A DNA stretch of 64,000 nt from a virus. Lineage: Duplodnaviria > Caudoviricetes. Below are positions 41,674-52,842 of the stretch, piece after piece. The translations under genes were made by a program, and so were the position numbers. The stretch covers positions 1-64,000 of the IMG/VR virus record IMGVR_UViG_3300037067_002413, one strand, 5' to 3'. Within the stretch, counting starts at the first letter, position 1. Every line of letters starts with the position of its first letter. The notes under the pieces are model-generated. The model did no database searches, was not told the DNA's origin, and worked only from the letters and a program-made list of their open reading frames with translations.

Positions 41674-44600
41674 ATGCAAGATTGTCTAGCGTTATTTGAT
41701 TGTGGCGAGTACGCCATTGAGAAGGCACGCAATGAGTTGCGAAGTGCCTTTGCTCCAAAGGGTCGTTTCAAGGTTGAACATTTCCGTGATGGCAAGGTCA
41801 TCGGAGAATACGGGTTCAACAACGGCATTACCGACGTAGGATTGAACAGCATCCTGGACGTTCATTTTGGTGCCGGCAGCCAGATTACTGTCTGGGACAT
41901 TGGTCTGATCGACAGTGCCAGTTACACGACCGGCATTCTTGCCGCCGATGTGATGAACGGTCACGCCGGCTGGATTGAGAATGAAGACTATACGGAAGCC
42001 GCGCGCCCTGCTTGGGGTGCTGGCACGGCAGCCGCTCGTCAGATTACCAATGCCTCGACCACGGATTTCTCGATGGATGCCACCGTGACGATTAAGGGCA
42101 TGTTCATCGTCGGCGGCACTGGTTCGGCTACGAAGGGCGGAACCACTGGTACACTTTGGTCTACAGGACTCTTCGGCACTCCGGTCGCGTGCAACTCTGG
42201 CGACACTCTCAAAGTGACCTACACGATTGCCGGATAATCTTCTCCCTTGCCAACCGTCCAGGCGGGTTCTTGCGAATCCGCCTGGACGTTCTTTCTCTTG
42301 GAGGCACTATCATGGCTTTATTGTGGGTAGATGGTTTTGATTATTATGGCAATACAGTGCTTAGCGGTGTAAACCCAAATATAATCCTAGATATGAAGTA
42401 TCCGACCAGGAATGGTACAAGCAACATGCTTGTTCAATCGCCTCGGGTTGGAGGCGGCCACTCACTACGAAATTATAATAATCAAAGCTGGATCGACCCT
42501 GGCGCGTTGACCACTGATCGAACTACTATTTTGGGTTTAGCGTTCAAGATCAGTGAAGACGCATCGGACCATTATCTATTTGGAATCGTCGATGTCGATA
42601 ATCATGGAACGAAGCTGCACATGACGCCAGCAGGGGAGTTCGCTGTTTTCTTAAATGAGGATGTGGCTTATACCACATCTGGTTTGGGACTTGTGAAGAA
42701 CACTTGGTATTACATGGAGTTGAAGGTTTACGTTCATTCAACTGCTGGCACAATTGAACTCAGAATTGACGGTGATACGGTATTAACAGAAACAGGCGTC
42801 AACACCAAAACAGGTTCTAACGATTACAATTCGGAATTCTCTCTTGGCGGTCACTATATGTACTGCCACGCTGATTATGATGACTTGTATTTTCTTGACG
42901 GTACTGGTTCCACCAATAATGATTTTTTAGGCATCGTTCGAGTTGTTTCCATCTTGCCGAATGCTGCTGGAGATTCTACCCAGTTTACTCCAAGTGTTGG
43001 TGACAATTATTCGTGTGTCAATGAAGAAGTAACCAGCGGCGACACTTATGTTACAAGCGCAACGAGTGGCAACCTTGATCTCTACAACTATACTGATCTT
43101 TCTGGAATTACGACAGGCATCCTGGGTATTCAGATCAATACAGACCTTGGCCTAACGGATGGAACTCCTTTCGGTTTGATTACGGAATGCAAATCAAATG
43201 GGGTGACGAGCGACGATTCTGCACAGACGGTCTCCGGCAGTTGGTATACTAAAAAGCGTGTCATGCAATTGAATCCTGATGGTTCAGTTGCATGGACTCC
43301 AACTACAATAAACGCCGCTCAATTTGGCATAAAGGTAGGGTAGTTGCATGTCGCTTCTTGTTACTCGCCAGTATGTGGAGGTATTGGTTTCTCCTACGGG
43401 TGGAGCACAGACCTACGAAGTATCGGTCACCAGCACTCTTGCATTTAGCGAAACAAACGGAATAGCTAAAGCGGCATCGGTTACGGATAGCCTGGAGTTT
43501 GTTGATGAAGCAATAGGTGCTGCTTCCAAAGTAGTCAAAGATACGTTGGCGTTGACTGACAGTGCCTCGTGCGTTCGTATAATTTCTAATACGCATCTTT
43601 TTGATACATTGGCATTTACAGATTCCGCCGAATGGTTGGGTCCTCATTATTTTCAACTAAAGCATGTCCTTCCGTTTGTGGAAGACCCTTATGGTCACCT
43701 ATCTGTAATCAACCTTTCGGTAAACGATTTGCTTGTGTTCGTCGAGAGTATGCCCAAGGTTTTCGAGGTATCGGTAACCGATACGTTGATTCTTGGTTCG
43801 GTTGGAATTAAGAAAGATGCTGTAACCAGCACGATGGCTCTTACCGAAACGATAAATGCCGGTAAGGGTAAAGACGTGACAGATGCGTTGGCATTAACGG
43901 AGACCGTCGATTTGCTTGGAATGTTTTGGCGCACGGTCAGTCATAATCTTGGGTTGGTGAATTCTGCTGCGTTTCAATTTACAAGTTTGTCGTGTGCCAA
44001 AAAACAATTTCAACCCCAGGTTGGCTTTACGACCGATACCGGCGTCCTGGTTCCCAGCGGTATAGTTCCAAGTCTTCCGGGCGGAATTTTGACACTTACA
44101 TTCCCATACGTTTCGCCTACAACGACGCTCGTTCTTCGGAATCCTGAATTTGGAAATAAGGACAGCCTGAACTTCAATCGAATCAACCGGACGACTCGCG
44201 GCGGTGAGTTGATCGTTTATTCTGACCCCCAATGGCCAAAGACACAGAAGTTGGCATTGGAGGTTCGGTCACTTGTTCCATCGCAAGCGGCTAATCTTTT
44301 GACGTTCTTTGACCAGTCGTTAGGATTGGAGATTGGATTGCTGGACCAAGAAGGTCGGCAATGGCGTGGAATTATTACAAATCCTGATACGCCGATCATT
44401 AACCCGGAACGTGGCGACTACGCTGTGTCCTTTGAATTCGAGGGCGTCTTATGTTAATGCTTCAAGCTCCTCTTCCTGGATTGGTTGCGACGACTGTATT
44501 GCCTAATCCGCAATTCAATGATTCCCATCTGAAACAGCATAGTGTGACGATCAAACGTGCGATGGATGGAACTTGTTACACCCATGTTCAGACAACGGAC

Positions 44601-44861
44601 GGTCGCCATAAATTGACCTACGAAATCAGAATGTCTCGAATGAAGGCACTCGAATTGCGAGGATTCATCACAGCCTATTTCTCCTCGCAGATGCGTTTGA
44701 CGAATCATAAAGGCGAGATATGGCGCGTGTGGTTGGTTAGTAACCCATTTGAGTTTAACACCGCCGAACGGGCCGATGGGCAACCGGGAAACGAATTCGT
44801 TGTAATTACTATTGAGTGCGAGGGGTTTTTGATTTCAGCCCCGGCCTTACCTAGCTGCTAG
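41674..44861 (+). CDS. Four minor tail/virion proteins (41674-42237, 42312-43343 lectin/LamG-like, 43348-44457, 44451-44861)
   Basis: Beta-rich ORFs after the tape measure; WYYMELKV....G..ELRIDG...YDDLY in 42312-43343. Confidence 0.6.
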
Positions 44862-44874
44862 TGGAGTTCTACAG

Positions 44875-47800
44875 ATGCGAGACGTTACTGCTGCCCAAAC
44901 GACGCTGAACACCCAGTATGGAACTGAACCTATTATCATCGTGGAGATTCAGTGGAGCGACGGTCTAAATCGTATTGCCTATGCTGATCGAAAGATCGTG
45001 GTTGGCGGCGTTACCGTAGTGAACGGGCAAATTGTAGACATCGGAAGTATTGACTCGGCGGCCAAGGTGGACGGAACCTCCGATTCCAGTCAGGTTCAAT
45101 TGACATTGGAAGATACGGGCGGCACGATCAAGACACTCTGCGATTCTCTTAATCTCCATAAGAGGCCGGTTTGGGTCTACCAATGGTTTCAAGGTCTTGC
45201 TCTGGCCGACAAGTTTCTTTTATTCCAGGGAGAAATCAACAGTCCATTCATCTGGAATGAAGGTGATCGAACCGTAACCTTTGATGTGACCACAAAGATC
45301 GAGGACGTGGAAGCAGGGTTCTCGATGGAGGAGGGCGATTTTCCCCTCGTTCCTCCAGACGCTCTAGGCAAGGCTTGGCCGTTGGCTTTCGGTTCGGTGT
45401 GCGATATTCAAGCGGTTCAAGTACGTGCCCCCCGGTCTGGGACTCTCGTCTCGGGTGAGGGCATCCACGATTACACCCTCGAATCTCGTATTTGCCAGTC
45501 ACGTTACATCCAATGCGCAAATGTTCCTCTTGGAGAAGCGGAGTATATTGACCCGAGTACGCAATTCAATTATGACGATGAGGGTTTAGTTGTTATCGTA
45601 GCTAAAAAGTTAGATACTTGGGGTCCAGATCAATCATGCGTTGAGTCTCGTTTCTTTTCCATCTGCGACCTGATGTATCAGTTGGAACAACAGGAAGCCT
45701 ACGAACATCCTACGATGACCATCAACGATGGAAATCGTTTGTTTCCACAGAATGAAACGATTACGCTGAACATCGAGGGCGGACTATTCACAGGTCATTT
45801 TGTCGGCGACGTATTCCATATTGATTACCGTAAACATCCCGACTACGACTTGAATCCGCCGACAAAATGTGGGCCGATTGCTGATCGGTACTTTGCGGTT
45901 ACAGGTGTACTGGATCAATCAGACTGGGTACGAACGGAATCTGGGTCGGCTTGGTATGATGCTTCGGTTTACAACGGCTCATCTGGTGGCGTAGATATTG
46001 ATCCGAGAGAAGTTCACGATTTCTGTAATACGACAACCCAAACGGGAACCGGCCGAGCATCCGAAGGCGGACCTGCCGATTCTCAAAAGGCTCTCGATGA
46101 CATGATAACGAGTTCCTTCTTCTGGGCAAGAGCCGGAAGCAAGGTCTACATGGAAGATGAGGCCGAGGTACTCTATATTGTGAATTTGTTGCCTTGCACG
46201 ATTACTCGTGTGGCTGCAATGAAAACGGTTAATGGCATATCCAAACTTATTTCCGTTCCGTCCAGTTTTTATACGATCTATGAAACAGACTACGATGGGT
46301 ATACGGTAACCGAAATTGGGATGACGAAACCATTAAGCGAACGATCGGAAGTCATCACTGAACTTGACGGCACAAAACGAACGGTTTCCTCAAATTGGTC
46401 CGACGAACTTTATGTTTCGGTAACATCTTCGATTGGTCCAAATCCTGTAAACATTATCGCTTGGCTTCTTGGTAAATACACATCGTTATCCGTAGACACA
46501 GCATCCTTTCTTCATGTCTATAATCGGCTTCTGAACTATCCGTCCAATTTCGTTCTTATGGAACGTAAGAACGTGATGCAACTCGTCGAGGACATCGCTT
46601 ACCAAAGCAGGTGTGTTGTTTACGTTCGAGATGGCATAGCGTTTATAAAGTATCTTTCGGAGGAGCCGACCTCTGCCGCCACTATTTCGGCGAGCGACGT
46701 ATTGGCCAATACGCTTAAAATCACATTAAGCAGCACTGACGACGTGGCTACAAAGCATGTCATCAGTTGGTCACGTAGTCAGTCCGAAGGAGACTTGAAC
46801 CTCATACTCAAGCATAATGTTGCTAAGTATGGAACTCACGATAAGAGCACATCTTACTACACGCAAAACATCTATGATAATGTTCTCAAGAGCGCAACAT
46901 TCTGGATGATTCGAGACGCCAATGTTTGGAAGCAGGTGGAATTTTCCACTCCCATCAAACATCTAGCCCTTGAAGTGTTTGATTGTGTTACACTCGACTT
47001 GCCTGACGTGGCTCCCGCGCCAGTAAAAGCCATCATCACGTCAATGGCGTATGACGTAGGTGCTCAAGAAATCGCGTTCATTTGTTGGACGCCTATCAAG
47101 GCTGGTCAGAATACGCCGTATACCTTCGCGTGGCCCGCTGATATTCCGGCAGGAACGTCATTTCCGCCAGACGAAGAACGACTTGCCGGACTTGGTTACA
47201 ATTTCGTAGTTGCCCCGCCGGACGGTCATTTGCTATACGTCGCGCCGGAGGATAACGGTCTACCGAAATTGACTCTAACATCCGGTGACCCTAGTCCTTC
47301 TGATCTTGATGATACTCTGGCAACGTGTTTCTGTCCAACGGCCGATGATGCCGTGGTAGAAGAAGTTGACCCGGTGTTTAATGCCTTGAAGAAGGCACAA
47401 AAGGCAAATCAGGACGCTCAGCAAAACTTAATTGATACGCCCTTAGTTGTTGACTCAATCGTAGCGGCAGGAAGTGGTGGTGGTAGCGGCGGCAGTTCCA
47501 AAGACAAAGACAAAAAGCCGACTGGTTCGTGCGATTGCGTTATTGATCCATCCCAGCCGGATCACGATTGCAAGTGCATTGTCAAGGTCATGTACTCCAC
47601 ACCTGATTTAGTTGGTCCAGGTTGTCACGGACCATGCAATTGTAAAGATAAAGGCATGAACTGCGCGTCGGACTTGTTTACCTATTGCTATACGATGGGT
47701 GATAACGCTAGTGCAATATCAATGAAAAGTCACCTAGATTATGACAGTTGGGCGCGGGGTTGCAGTTGGACATGCGGAGGGACAGCACCACTAATGACAA

Positions 47801-47886
47801 GTGTCACTTGCTGTGGAACTTGTGCCTCAATGCCAACAGACCCACCTGGTCCCAAAGGCCAGGTCAAAGAACCAAAGCAACAATAG
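44875..47886 (+). CDS. Large tail hub / tip protein with a Cys-rich C-terminus
   Basis: 1003 aa; GK.WPL.FG motif; NP..II..LL; C-terminal Cys cluster. Confidence 0.65.
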   Translation: MRDVTAAQTTLNTQYGTEPIIIVEIQWSDGLNRIAYADRKIVVGGVTVVNGQIVDIGSIDSAAKVDGTSDSSQVQLTLEDTGGTIKTLCDSLNLHKRPVWVYQWFQGLALADKFLLFQGEINSPFIWNEGDRTVTFDVTTKIEDVEAGFSMEEGDFPLVPPDALGKAWPLAFGSVCDIQAVQVRAPRSGTLVSGEGIHDYTLESRICQSRYIQCANVPLGEAEYIDPSTQFNYDDEGLVVIVAKKLDTWGPDQSCVESRFFSICDLMYQLEQQEAYEHPTMTINDGNRLFPQNETITLNIEGGLFTGHFVGDVFHIDYRKHPDYDLNPPTKCGPIADRYFAVTGVLDQSDWVRTESGSAWYDASVYNGSSGGVDIDPREVHDFCNTTTQTGTGRASEGGPADSQKALDDMITSSFFWARAGSKVYMEDEAEVLYIVNLLPCTITRVAAMKTVNGISKLISVPSSFYTIYETDYDGYTVTEIGMTKPLSERSEVITELDGTKRTVSSNWSDELYVSVTSSIGPNPVNIIAWLLGKYTSLSVDTASFLHVYNRLLNYPSNFVLMERKNVMQLVEDIAYQSRCVVYVRDGIAFIKYLSEEPTSAATISASDVLANTLKITLSSTDDVATKHVISWSRSQSEGDLNLILKHNVAKYGTHDKSTSYYTQNIYDNVLKSATFWMIRDANVWKQVEFSTPIKHLALEVFDCVTLDLPDVAPAPVKAIITSMAYDVGAQEIAFICWTPIKAGQNTPYTFAWPADIPAGTSFPPDEERLAGLGYNFVVAPPDGHLLYVAPEDNGLPKLTLTSGDPSPSDLDDTLATCFCPTADDAVVEEVDPVFNALKKAQKANQDAQQNLIDTPLVVDSIVAAGSGGGSGGSSKDKDKKPTGSCDCVIDPSQPDHDCKCIVKVMYSTPDLVGPGCHGPCNCKDKGMNCASDLFTYCYTMGDNASAISMKSHLDYDSWARGCSWTCGGTAPLMTSVTCCGTCASMPTDPPGPKGQVKEPKQQ

Positions 47887-47894
47887 AGGACTAT

Positions 47895-48356
47895 ATGATT
47901 TGTAATAATCACAACCAAGTCGTAATCCGCAAGAAGGACGGCGATCGAAGAACGATCATTCGATGCGCGGATGTTGGAAGTCCCTATTTTACGAAAGAGG
48001 TCACGGATGACCAATGCGGGCAATGTCCACGGCATTTGGAAGCCGTGGAAGCGGCTGCCCGATTGACAGCCAAATGTTCATCACGAGATTCGGAACCAGT
48101 TCCTACGACGCCGAGTCTCGCTCGTCGCAGTTTGACTTATGCCGAGGCGGTGGCTGGCTGGGTTAAGTCTGGGCGACCGGAACGGACTGACGAGGAGACC
48201 CAACGTATTTTCACGGACCATTGCTCGAAATGCGGTTGGTATGATCGAGATCAACAAATATGCCGTGGATGCGGTTGTAAGGTGAGCGGCATAGGGCACG
48301 CTATCTTCAACAAGATCAAGATGGGAACTCAACATTGTCCACGGAAACTTTGGTAA
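47895..48356 (+). CDS. Cys-rich hypothetical protein
   Basis: C..C..YD.....C.GCGC......NKI.M....CP...W. Confidence 0.6.
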   Translation: MICNNHNQVVIRKKDGDRRTIIRCADVGSPYFTKEVTDDQCGQCPRHLEAVEAAARLTAKCSSRDSEPVPTTPSLARRSLTYAEAVAGWVKSGRPERTDEETQRIFTDHCSKCGWYDRDQQICRGCGCKVSGIGHAIFNKIKMGTQHCPRKLW

Positions 48357-48629
48357 AGGAGAAGCATGGCACGTTTTATTCCAGTCGGTGGCGAACCACA
48401 AGAAGAGAAAGAGATTTTCGACCTTATGGTGCGGTATGCCAATAATGGGAAAAGGGTAACTTTTCTACACCTAGAAGGCGACATGGGAATTGCCTTTCAC
48501 GGTGAAGCACGGGAAATCAACAAGACGGCTACTCAACTGGCCGGCGGTGAGACCGTGTACGGAGACGCTGTTATTTTTCATCGCAGCGAAGCCCCTGCGT
48601 TTTAACTGTTACAAACAAGGATAATTATA

Positions 48630-48806
48630 ATGGCAAAGAAGTGGATTCAGGGTGCGATTAAGCATCCAGGTGCGCTGACTCGCAAGGCGAAGGCCGCCGA
48701 CATGAGCACGTCGGCATTTATGGCTCATCCGCCCAAGGGTATTTCAACGACCACGAAACGTCAGATCGCTTTGGCGAAGACCTTGAAGGGACTTCGCCGG
48801 GGCTAG
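48630..48806 (+). CDS. Small basic phage protein (58 aa; not in the ORF track)
   Basis: MAKKWIQGAIKHPGAL...KRQIALAKTLKG; AAGGA RBS. Confidence 0.7.
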   Translation: MAKKWIQGAIKHPGALTRKAKAADMSTSAFMAHPPKGISTTTKRQIALAKTLKGLRRG

Positions 48807-48816
48807 TGCGCAAAAG

Positions 48817-48853
48817 AAAAGGGTGGTCAGGCCGAAGCCTGACCACCCTTTTT
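48817..48853. terminator. Bidirectional intrinsic terminator
   Basis: AAAAGGGTGGTCAGGC-cgaa-GCCTGACCACCCTTTT between convergent gene blocks. Confidence 0.9.
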
Positions 48854-48867
48854 CGTCTCATCGTTGT

Positions 48868-49485
48868 CTACAGGAGTTCCATCGTCAACATCGCTCGGTA
48901 GCATTCTGCCTCGGCGATCGCATCACAGAGAGCATCGTGCGGACCAGGATTGATGATATTGAAATGTTTGCAGATTGAGCCTAGTCCGACTTTGGGAAAC
49001 GGCGGAGGGACTCCAAGGAATGCTGACTTGTCGTTCATACTAAGTGCAAATAGCATTGCGTCCCGCGCGTGACCGTGGAATAAAGCAGACGACAGTTCGA
49101 CGCCCATCCATGCTTGCAGAAACTTGGACTCAAATGCCCAATTGTGTGCCAACGGAATAAGCGTCTTGCCGAATGGCAAGTCTAGGTTTTCCCACCATTC
49201 GACTAGAAGGTCTTGCACCTTGCCGGCATCCGGCGAGTGAAGGATTAAGTCCTCCATTTTGAGACCGTGGACGTACCCTGCCGCTCCTTGTCGCTCTGGG
49301 TATTCAGGACGAATCGTAGTGTAGAACGGTCGAACGCCCTCCAATGGCCTAATATCCGAATTGAGGGGAACGACAGCAATCTGAATTGGTTCGTGGTAGC
49401 CGGCCTTGAGGCCAGTGGTCTCTAGGTCGATTGCCGCCAGTAGGTTTCCATTCAGATGCACCAAGCCAGAGTAGGTCTTAACCAC
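48868..49485 (-). CDS. DEDDh 3'-5' exonuclease
   Basis: IDLETTG, AHN..FE..FL, HDAL.DA. Confidence 0.9.
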   Translation of the reverse strand: MVKTYSGLVHLNGNLLAAIDLETTGLKAGYHEPIQIAVVPLNSDIRPLEGVRPFYTTIRPEYPERQGAAGYVHGLKMEDLILHSPDAGKVQDLLVEWWENLDLPFGKTLIPLAHNWAFESKFLQAWMGVELSSALFHGHARDAMLFALSMNDKSAFLGVPPPFPKVGLGSICKHFNIINPGPHDALCDAIAEAECYRAMLTMELL

Positions 49486-49870
49486 GGCGTTTCCTTTTTT
49501 GGATTGGCGAATAGTTGGGCATGTCGTTGAGTTCAGCCGGCAGCACGCCTCGCTCGATCATTTCCTGATAATGGATAATAGCCATCGAGTTGAACATGAT
49601 TGCAGCCAGGTGATCTTCGTCATTCATGCCTTGCTGGAATTTCATTACATGCCGCTTCAATGAGGCAGCACACCTGGAGAAGGGCATTCCCTTTTCCCAG
49701 TTGCGCTCCGCGTACTTGCGAGCACCCATGCGCAACCAGTGACCAAGGCGATCTTCGGCAAATGGCGAAATCAGATCAGGCCGGGACTTATCATCCGACG
49801 TGTCTCGGATTGCCATGTTCTTGCCAAAGGATTGACGTTTGCCGTTGTCTTTCATTTCATACTTACTCAT
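49478..49870 (-). CDS. dATP/dGTP diphosphohydrolase (DUF5664-like)
   Basis: K.RPDLI....GA.KY..RNW.KG.......S..RH......EDHLA...FN. Confidence 0.8.
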   Translation of the reverse strand: MSKYEMKDNGKRQSFGKNMAIRDTSDDKSRPDLISPFAEDRLGHWLRMGARKYAERNWEKGMPFSRCAASLKRHVMKFQQGMNDEDHLAAIMFNSMAIIHYQEMIERGVLPAELNDMPNYSPIQKRKRRG

Positions 49871-52626
49871 TCGTTACCTCGTTTAATTGATTCTGTTTCC
49901 TCGTTTCGATCCTTTTTTACCAATCGACCATCAATAGTAATCCAGGGTTTTGCGTTCTCGTTCGGAGATTTGTTCTCGAATGAAAGATTGCCAATCATTC
50001 GCTTGTTGAAGTTGTGAGCACCATAAGCGAACCGTTGTTTGATTTCATCGAGCACGAGGCTTTTCTTCCAGTTGTACCGTTTTTCGGGCGGTAACCACAT
50101 AATGAACTTGTCATAGAAAGCGGTGAACTCAATCATCTCTCCGACTATTTGGAAACATTGCTCATTGACAAACGTCTCCAACGGATTACTGTTTATTTCC
50201 TCTGCCCGTTCCTTATTGCGTGTTCGTAATGGAGGTAGACCCATTCGACTGTAAGGAGACGGCAAAGTGAGGTCCATAATGGTTCGCATAAAGTGCGGTG
50301 CTTCCTCCTTGAGCTTCGTAATCAATTCGTTCTTCGGAATCTCTTCACCTGGTTCCAAGTCGGGAACGAACATAACAACGATTCGCGTGTCGCCCGATTC
50401 CAGGTATACGTTTTTGAGTTTGTTTCCTGTTTGGATGAAGTGAAGAGTGTTACGTTGCTTGTAGGCGTCCGTCCGCATTCGGCGAATCCACAGTTCGTCG
50501 TTCGTTGTCCAATCCTTGATTCTGTTGTAGGATTTACCATCGTTTGACGATAGGTCTGTTTCCTCAATGTAGGCCAGGACGCAGTTGGCTAGTTCGCCGT
50601 TAAAGTCATTGCCGCTACTCAAGGCTCGATCAGCCGATGCTACTCCTTTGCTGATAAGTAGACCAAAAGCCTGGTGCAGAATTGATTTTCCGCTGTTTTG
50701 TGCTCCGTAAAGAAACAGGTAGGGCAACGGTTGAAACGGATCGCGTAGAAGAAAGGCAATCCAATAAAGTAGGTAATCTGCGCCGGATTTTAAGTTGTTC
50801 GTCTTGCACCAGTCATCATCCCTAACAACGCCATCCAGGTCTTGACCACAATGACGAAGAACGCTATCCCAATGAGGATGGAACGGCGTTTGGTCATAAT
50901 CCAAATTAGCCGGTGGGAAATTATATTGAGCCGCATCGACGTTCCATTTTCGGTCGCCTGGATATTCCGATTGGAAAGGCACGTTGACTAACTTCCAAGC
51001 CTTGCCGATGGTGCTACCAAGGATCAATTCAACTTGCGGCTTCGGATGACCAAGCGCGACCAGACGCAACTTGACTTTTTCCGTTGAAAATCGTTGCCAC
51101 GTTTTATCCTCAGCATGTAGATACCATCCAGCGTCTTCGTGGGATGGCGTTACCAACTGGCGGATAAGGTGGTCGTTTTCGGCTTGGTCTATTTCGTCTT
51201 GCTTGGTCTCTGTAAGCACGTCGAATAGTTTCACCCATTTATCCGGCTTGCTTATCCATCCTTTGAGCGTCTTGTCTTTTTCACCTGGATTCTTGCTGAT
51301 GTGCATAATCAGCCGGCCGTCTTTATGAGCCTTGAGACGTGCCTTGCGTTTTGATTTGTCATCCAGCAAGGATTTAGGTAGTTTGATTTGTTGACCTAAT
51401 GCCTCGGCCGCCTTGGCCGCTTCGGCAGAGTTATTGAAAATGAAACCGCCATGATCCGGGTCTTCCTGTCCGCCCATTGCCTTGGCGGCGGTTGACAGGT
51501 TTGGTGCGCAGTTGAAGTAGCAGGTGGTCCATCCTTCCTTGTCCTGAGTCCAGGTCTCGTCTTCGCGGATGCCAGGCGAGAATCGGTAGACCTTCCAACC
51601 GCCTTTGTCCAATGGAAACATGAAGCAATTGGGACTCCCCGTGTCTTTACCCTTGGAGTTCGTCTTGAAGATGCCGTTGGCCTTCTTCTGTTCGATCATC
51701 TTCGCCAGCGCGCATGTGTGCGTCTGGAGCAAATGATGGTCGGGAACCCAGATCGTGGAAAAGTCAGAATGGGTGAGTTCGTCCATGAGGTCTTTATGGC
51801 TTTTATCAAGTGGAACGATTTTGCGGGCAGACGTGAGAGCCTCAAACGGGTCAAGGTTCTCGTCCGCTAGTTCAGTCGAGACTCGAACCTTGGATCGTCG
51901 TCGTGTAACGACTTCGATGTGGTCGTGCCAGTTCGATGGCAGGTCGGCTTCCATCAGTGTTTTGTCGGCAGCCTTGAGGAGTTTGAGACCCTCGTTTTGA
52001 GCAGTCATCTTTCGATGCCAAAACCACATATTGGAACCACAGGCGTCGATCTGGCTGGCAAAGTCAAATCCTGTTTCCGAGGACATCATGCCCAGGATGC
52101 AGCGGGCTAATGCGGCATGTTCCGTGTGATTCGACGTGGGGACGCCCGCTTCATCAAAGTATACATATAAATGGATACCGCCGCCGCCCGTGCTACGCCG
52201 GACCTCGACGTAGGGCAGTTTCATGGCGGCCTGTTTGATTCGCTCTAATTCCTCATCACTCACGCCAATGCCCTTGGCATGGCCTGTGATGGCGTCGAAG
52301 TCAAATCCAAACGCTCGACTACGCCTGGCCGACCAATCCCACCCGGTCCACCCAATGGCCTCTACGTGAAGATCGAGCGGCCATTTGAGTTCGTAATCGC
52401 GGAACTCCGGCTCGCCGGCCGCATTCTTGGGAATGCGGATATTGAAATACTCATACTCGCCGTCGTAATAGGTGGAACGCTTTCCGTCTACGGGTTCGCC
52501 GTTATCGGCGGCCACATTGATCTGAGTTTCCATGAAGGGGTTCCAACGATCCAACAATTCTGGGGCGTTGTGTGTCGTCCGGCGGGCGTTGATGAAGTTC
52601 TGAATCGCTTCGGTAACTTTGGGCAT
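49867..52626 (-). CDS. Primase-helicase fusion
   Basis: N-terminal DFD...RRSTGGGGIHLY (AEP-like); C-terminal LYGAQNSGKS P-loop, FNGEL, IEE. Confidence 0.8.
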   Translation of the reverse strand: MPKVTEAIQNFINARRTTHNAPELLDRWNPFMETQINVAADNGEPVDGKRSTYYDGEYEYFNIRIPKNAAGEPEFRDYELKWPLDLHVEAIGWTGWDWSARRSRAFGFDFDAITGHAKGIGVSDEELERIKQAAMKLPYVEVRRSTGGGGIHLYVYFDEAGVPTSNHTEHAALARCILGMMSSETGFDFASQIDACGSNMWFWHRKMTAQNEGLKLLKAADKTLMEADLPSNWHDHIEVVTRRRSKVRVSTELADENLDPFEALTSARKIVPLDKSHKDLMDELTHSDFSTIWVPDHHLLQTHTCALAKMIEQKKANGIFKTNSKGKDTGSPNCFMFPLDKGGWKVYRFSPGIREDETWTQDKEGWTTCYFNCAPNLSTAAKAMGGQEDPDHGGFIFNNSAEAAKAAEALGQQIKLPKSLLDDKSKRKARLKAHKDGRLIMHISKNPGEKDKTLKGWISKPDKWVKLFDVLTETKQDEIDQAENDHLIRQLVTPSHEDAGWYLHAEDKTWQRFSTEKVKLRLVALGHPKPQVELILGSTIGKAWKLVNVPFQSEYPGDRKWNVDAAQYNFPPANLDYDQTPFHPHWDSVLRHCGQDLDGVVRDDDWCKTNNLKSGADYLLYWIAFLLRDPFQPLPYLFLYGAQNSGKSILHQAFGLLISKGVASADRALSSGNDFNGELANCVLAYIEETDLSSNDGKSYNRIKDWTTNDELWIRRMRTDAYKQRNTLHFIQTGNKLKNVYLESGDTRIVVMFVPDLEPGEEIPKNELITKLKEEAPHFMRTIMDLTLPSPYSRMGLPPLRTRNKERAEEINSNPLETFVNEQCFQIVGEMIEFTAFYDKFIMWLPPEKRYNWKKSLVLDEIKQRFAYGAHNFNKRMIGNLSFENKSPNENAKPWITIDGRLVKKDRNEETESIKRGNE

Positions 52627-52657
52627 GAATTGCTCCTAAGAGGTCTACTATCTTCCT

Positions 52658-52695
52658 GTGCCTATAAGGTTGCGCAGATTTCAGAAAAATGGTCA
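52658..52695 (-). promoter_or_regulatory. Class I element, copy 2 (faces the primase operon)
   Basis: Reverse complement TGACCA-N11-TCTGCGCAACCTTATAGGCAC. Confidence 0.75.
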
Positions 52696-52786
52696 TCGCC
52701 AGAATGGATTCTCATAGAACCGTGATTTGTAGGGTGGGATTGTAACGCCGCGTCAATCTAAGATTGTTCAAGATTTTTGTGGTTTG

Positions 52787-52824
52787 TGACCAAATTGCAA
52801 AAATCTGCGCAACCTTATAGGTAC
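52787..52824 (+). promoter_or_regulatory. Class I element, copy 3 (faces the ParB operon)
   Basis: TGACCA-N11-TCTGCGCAACCTTATAGGTAC. Confidence 0.75.
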
Positions 52825-52842
52825 AGAAAGAAAGGATTTTGC

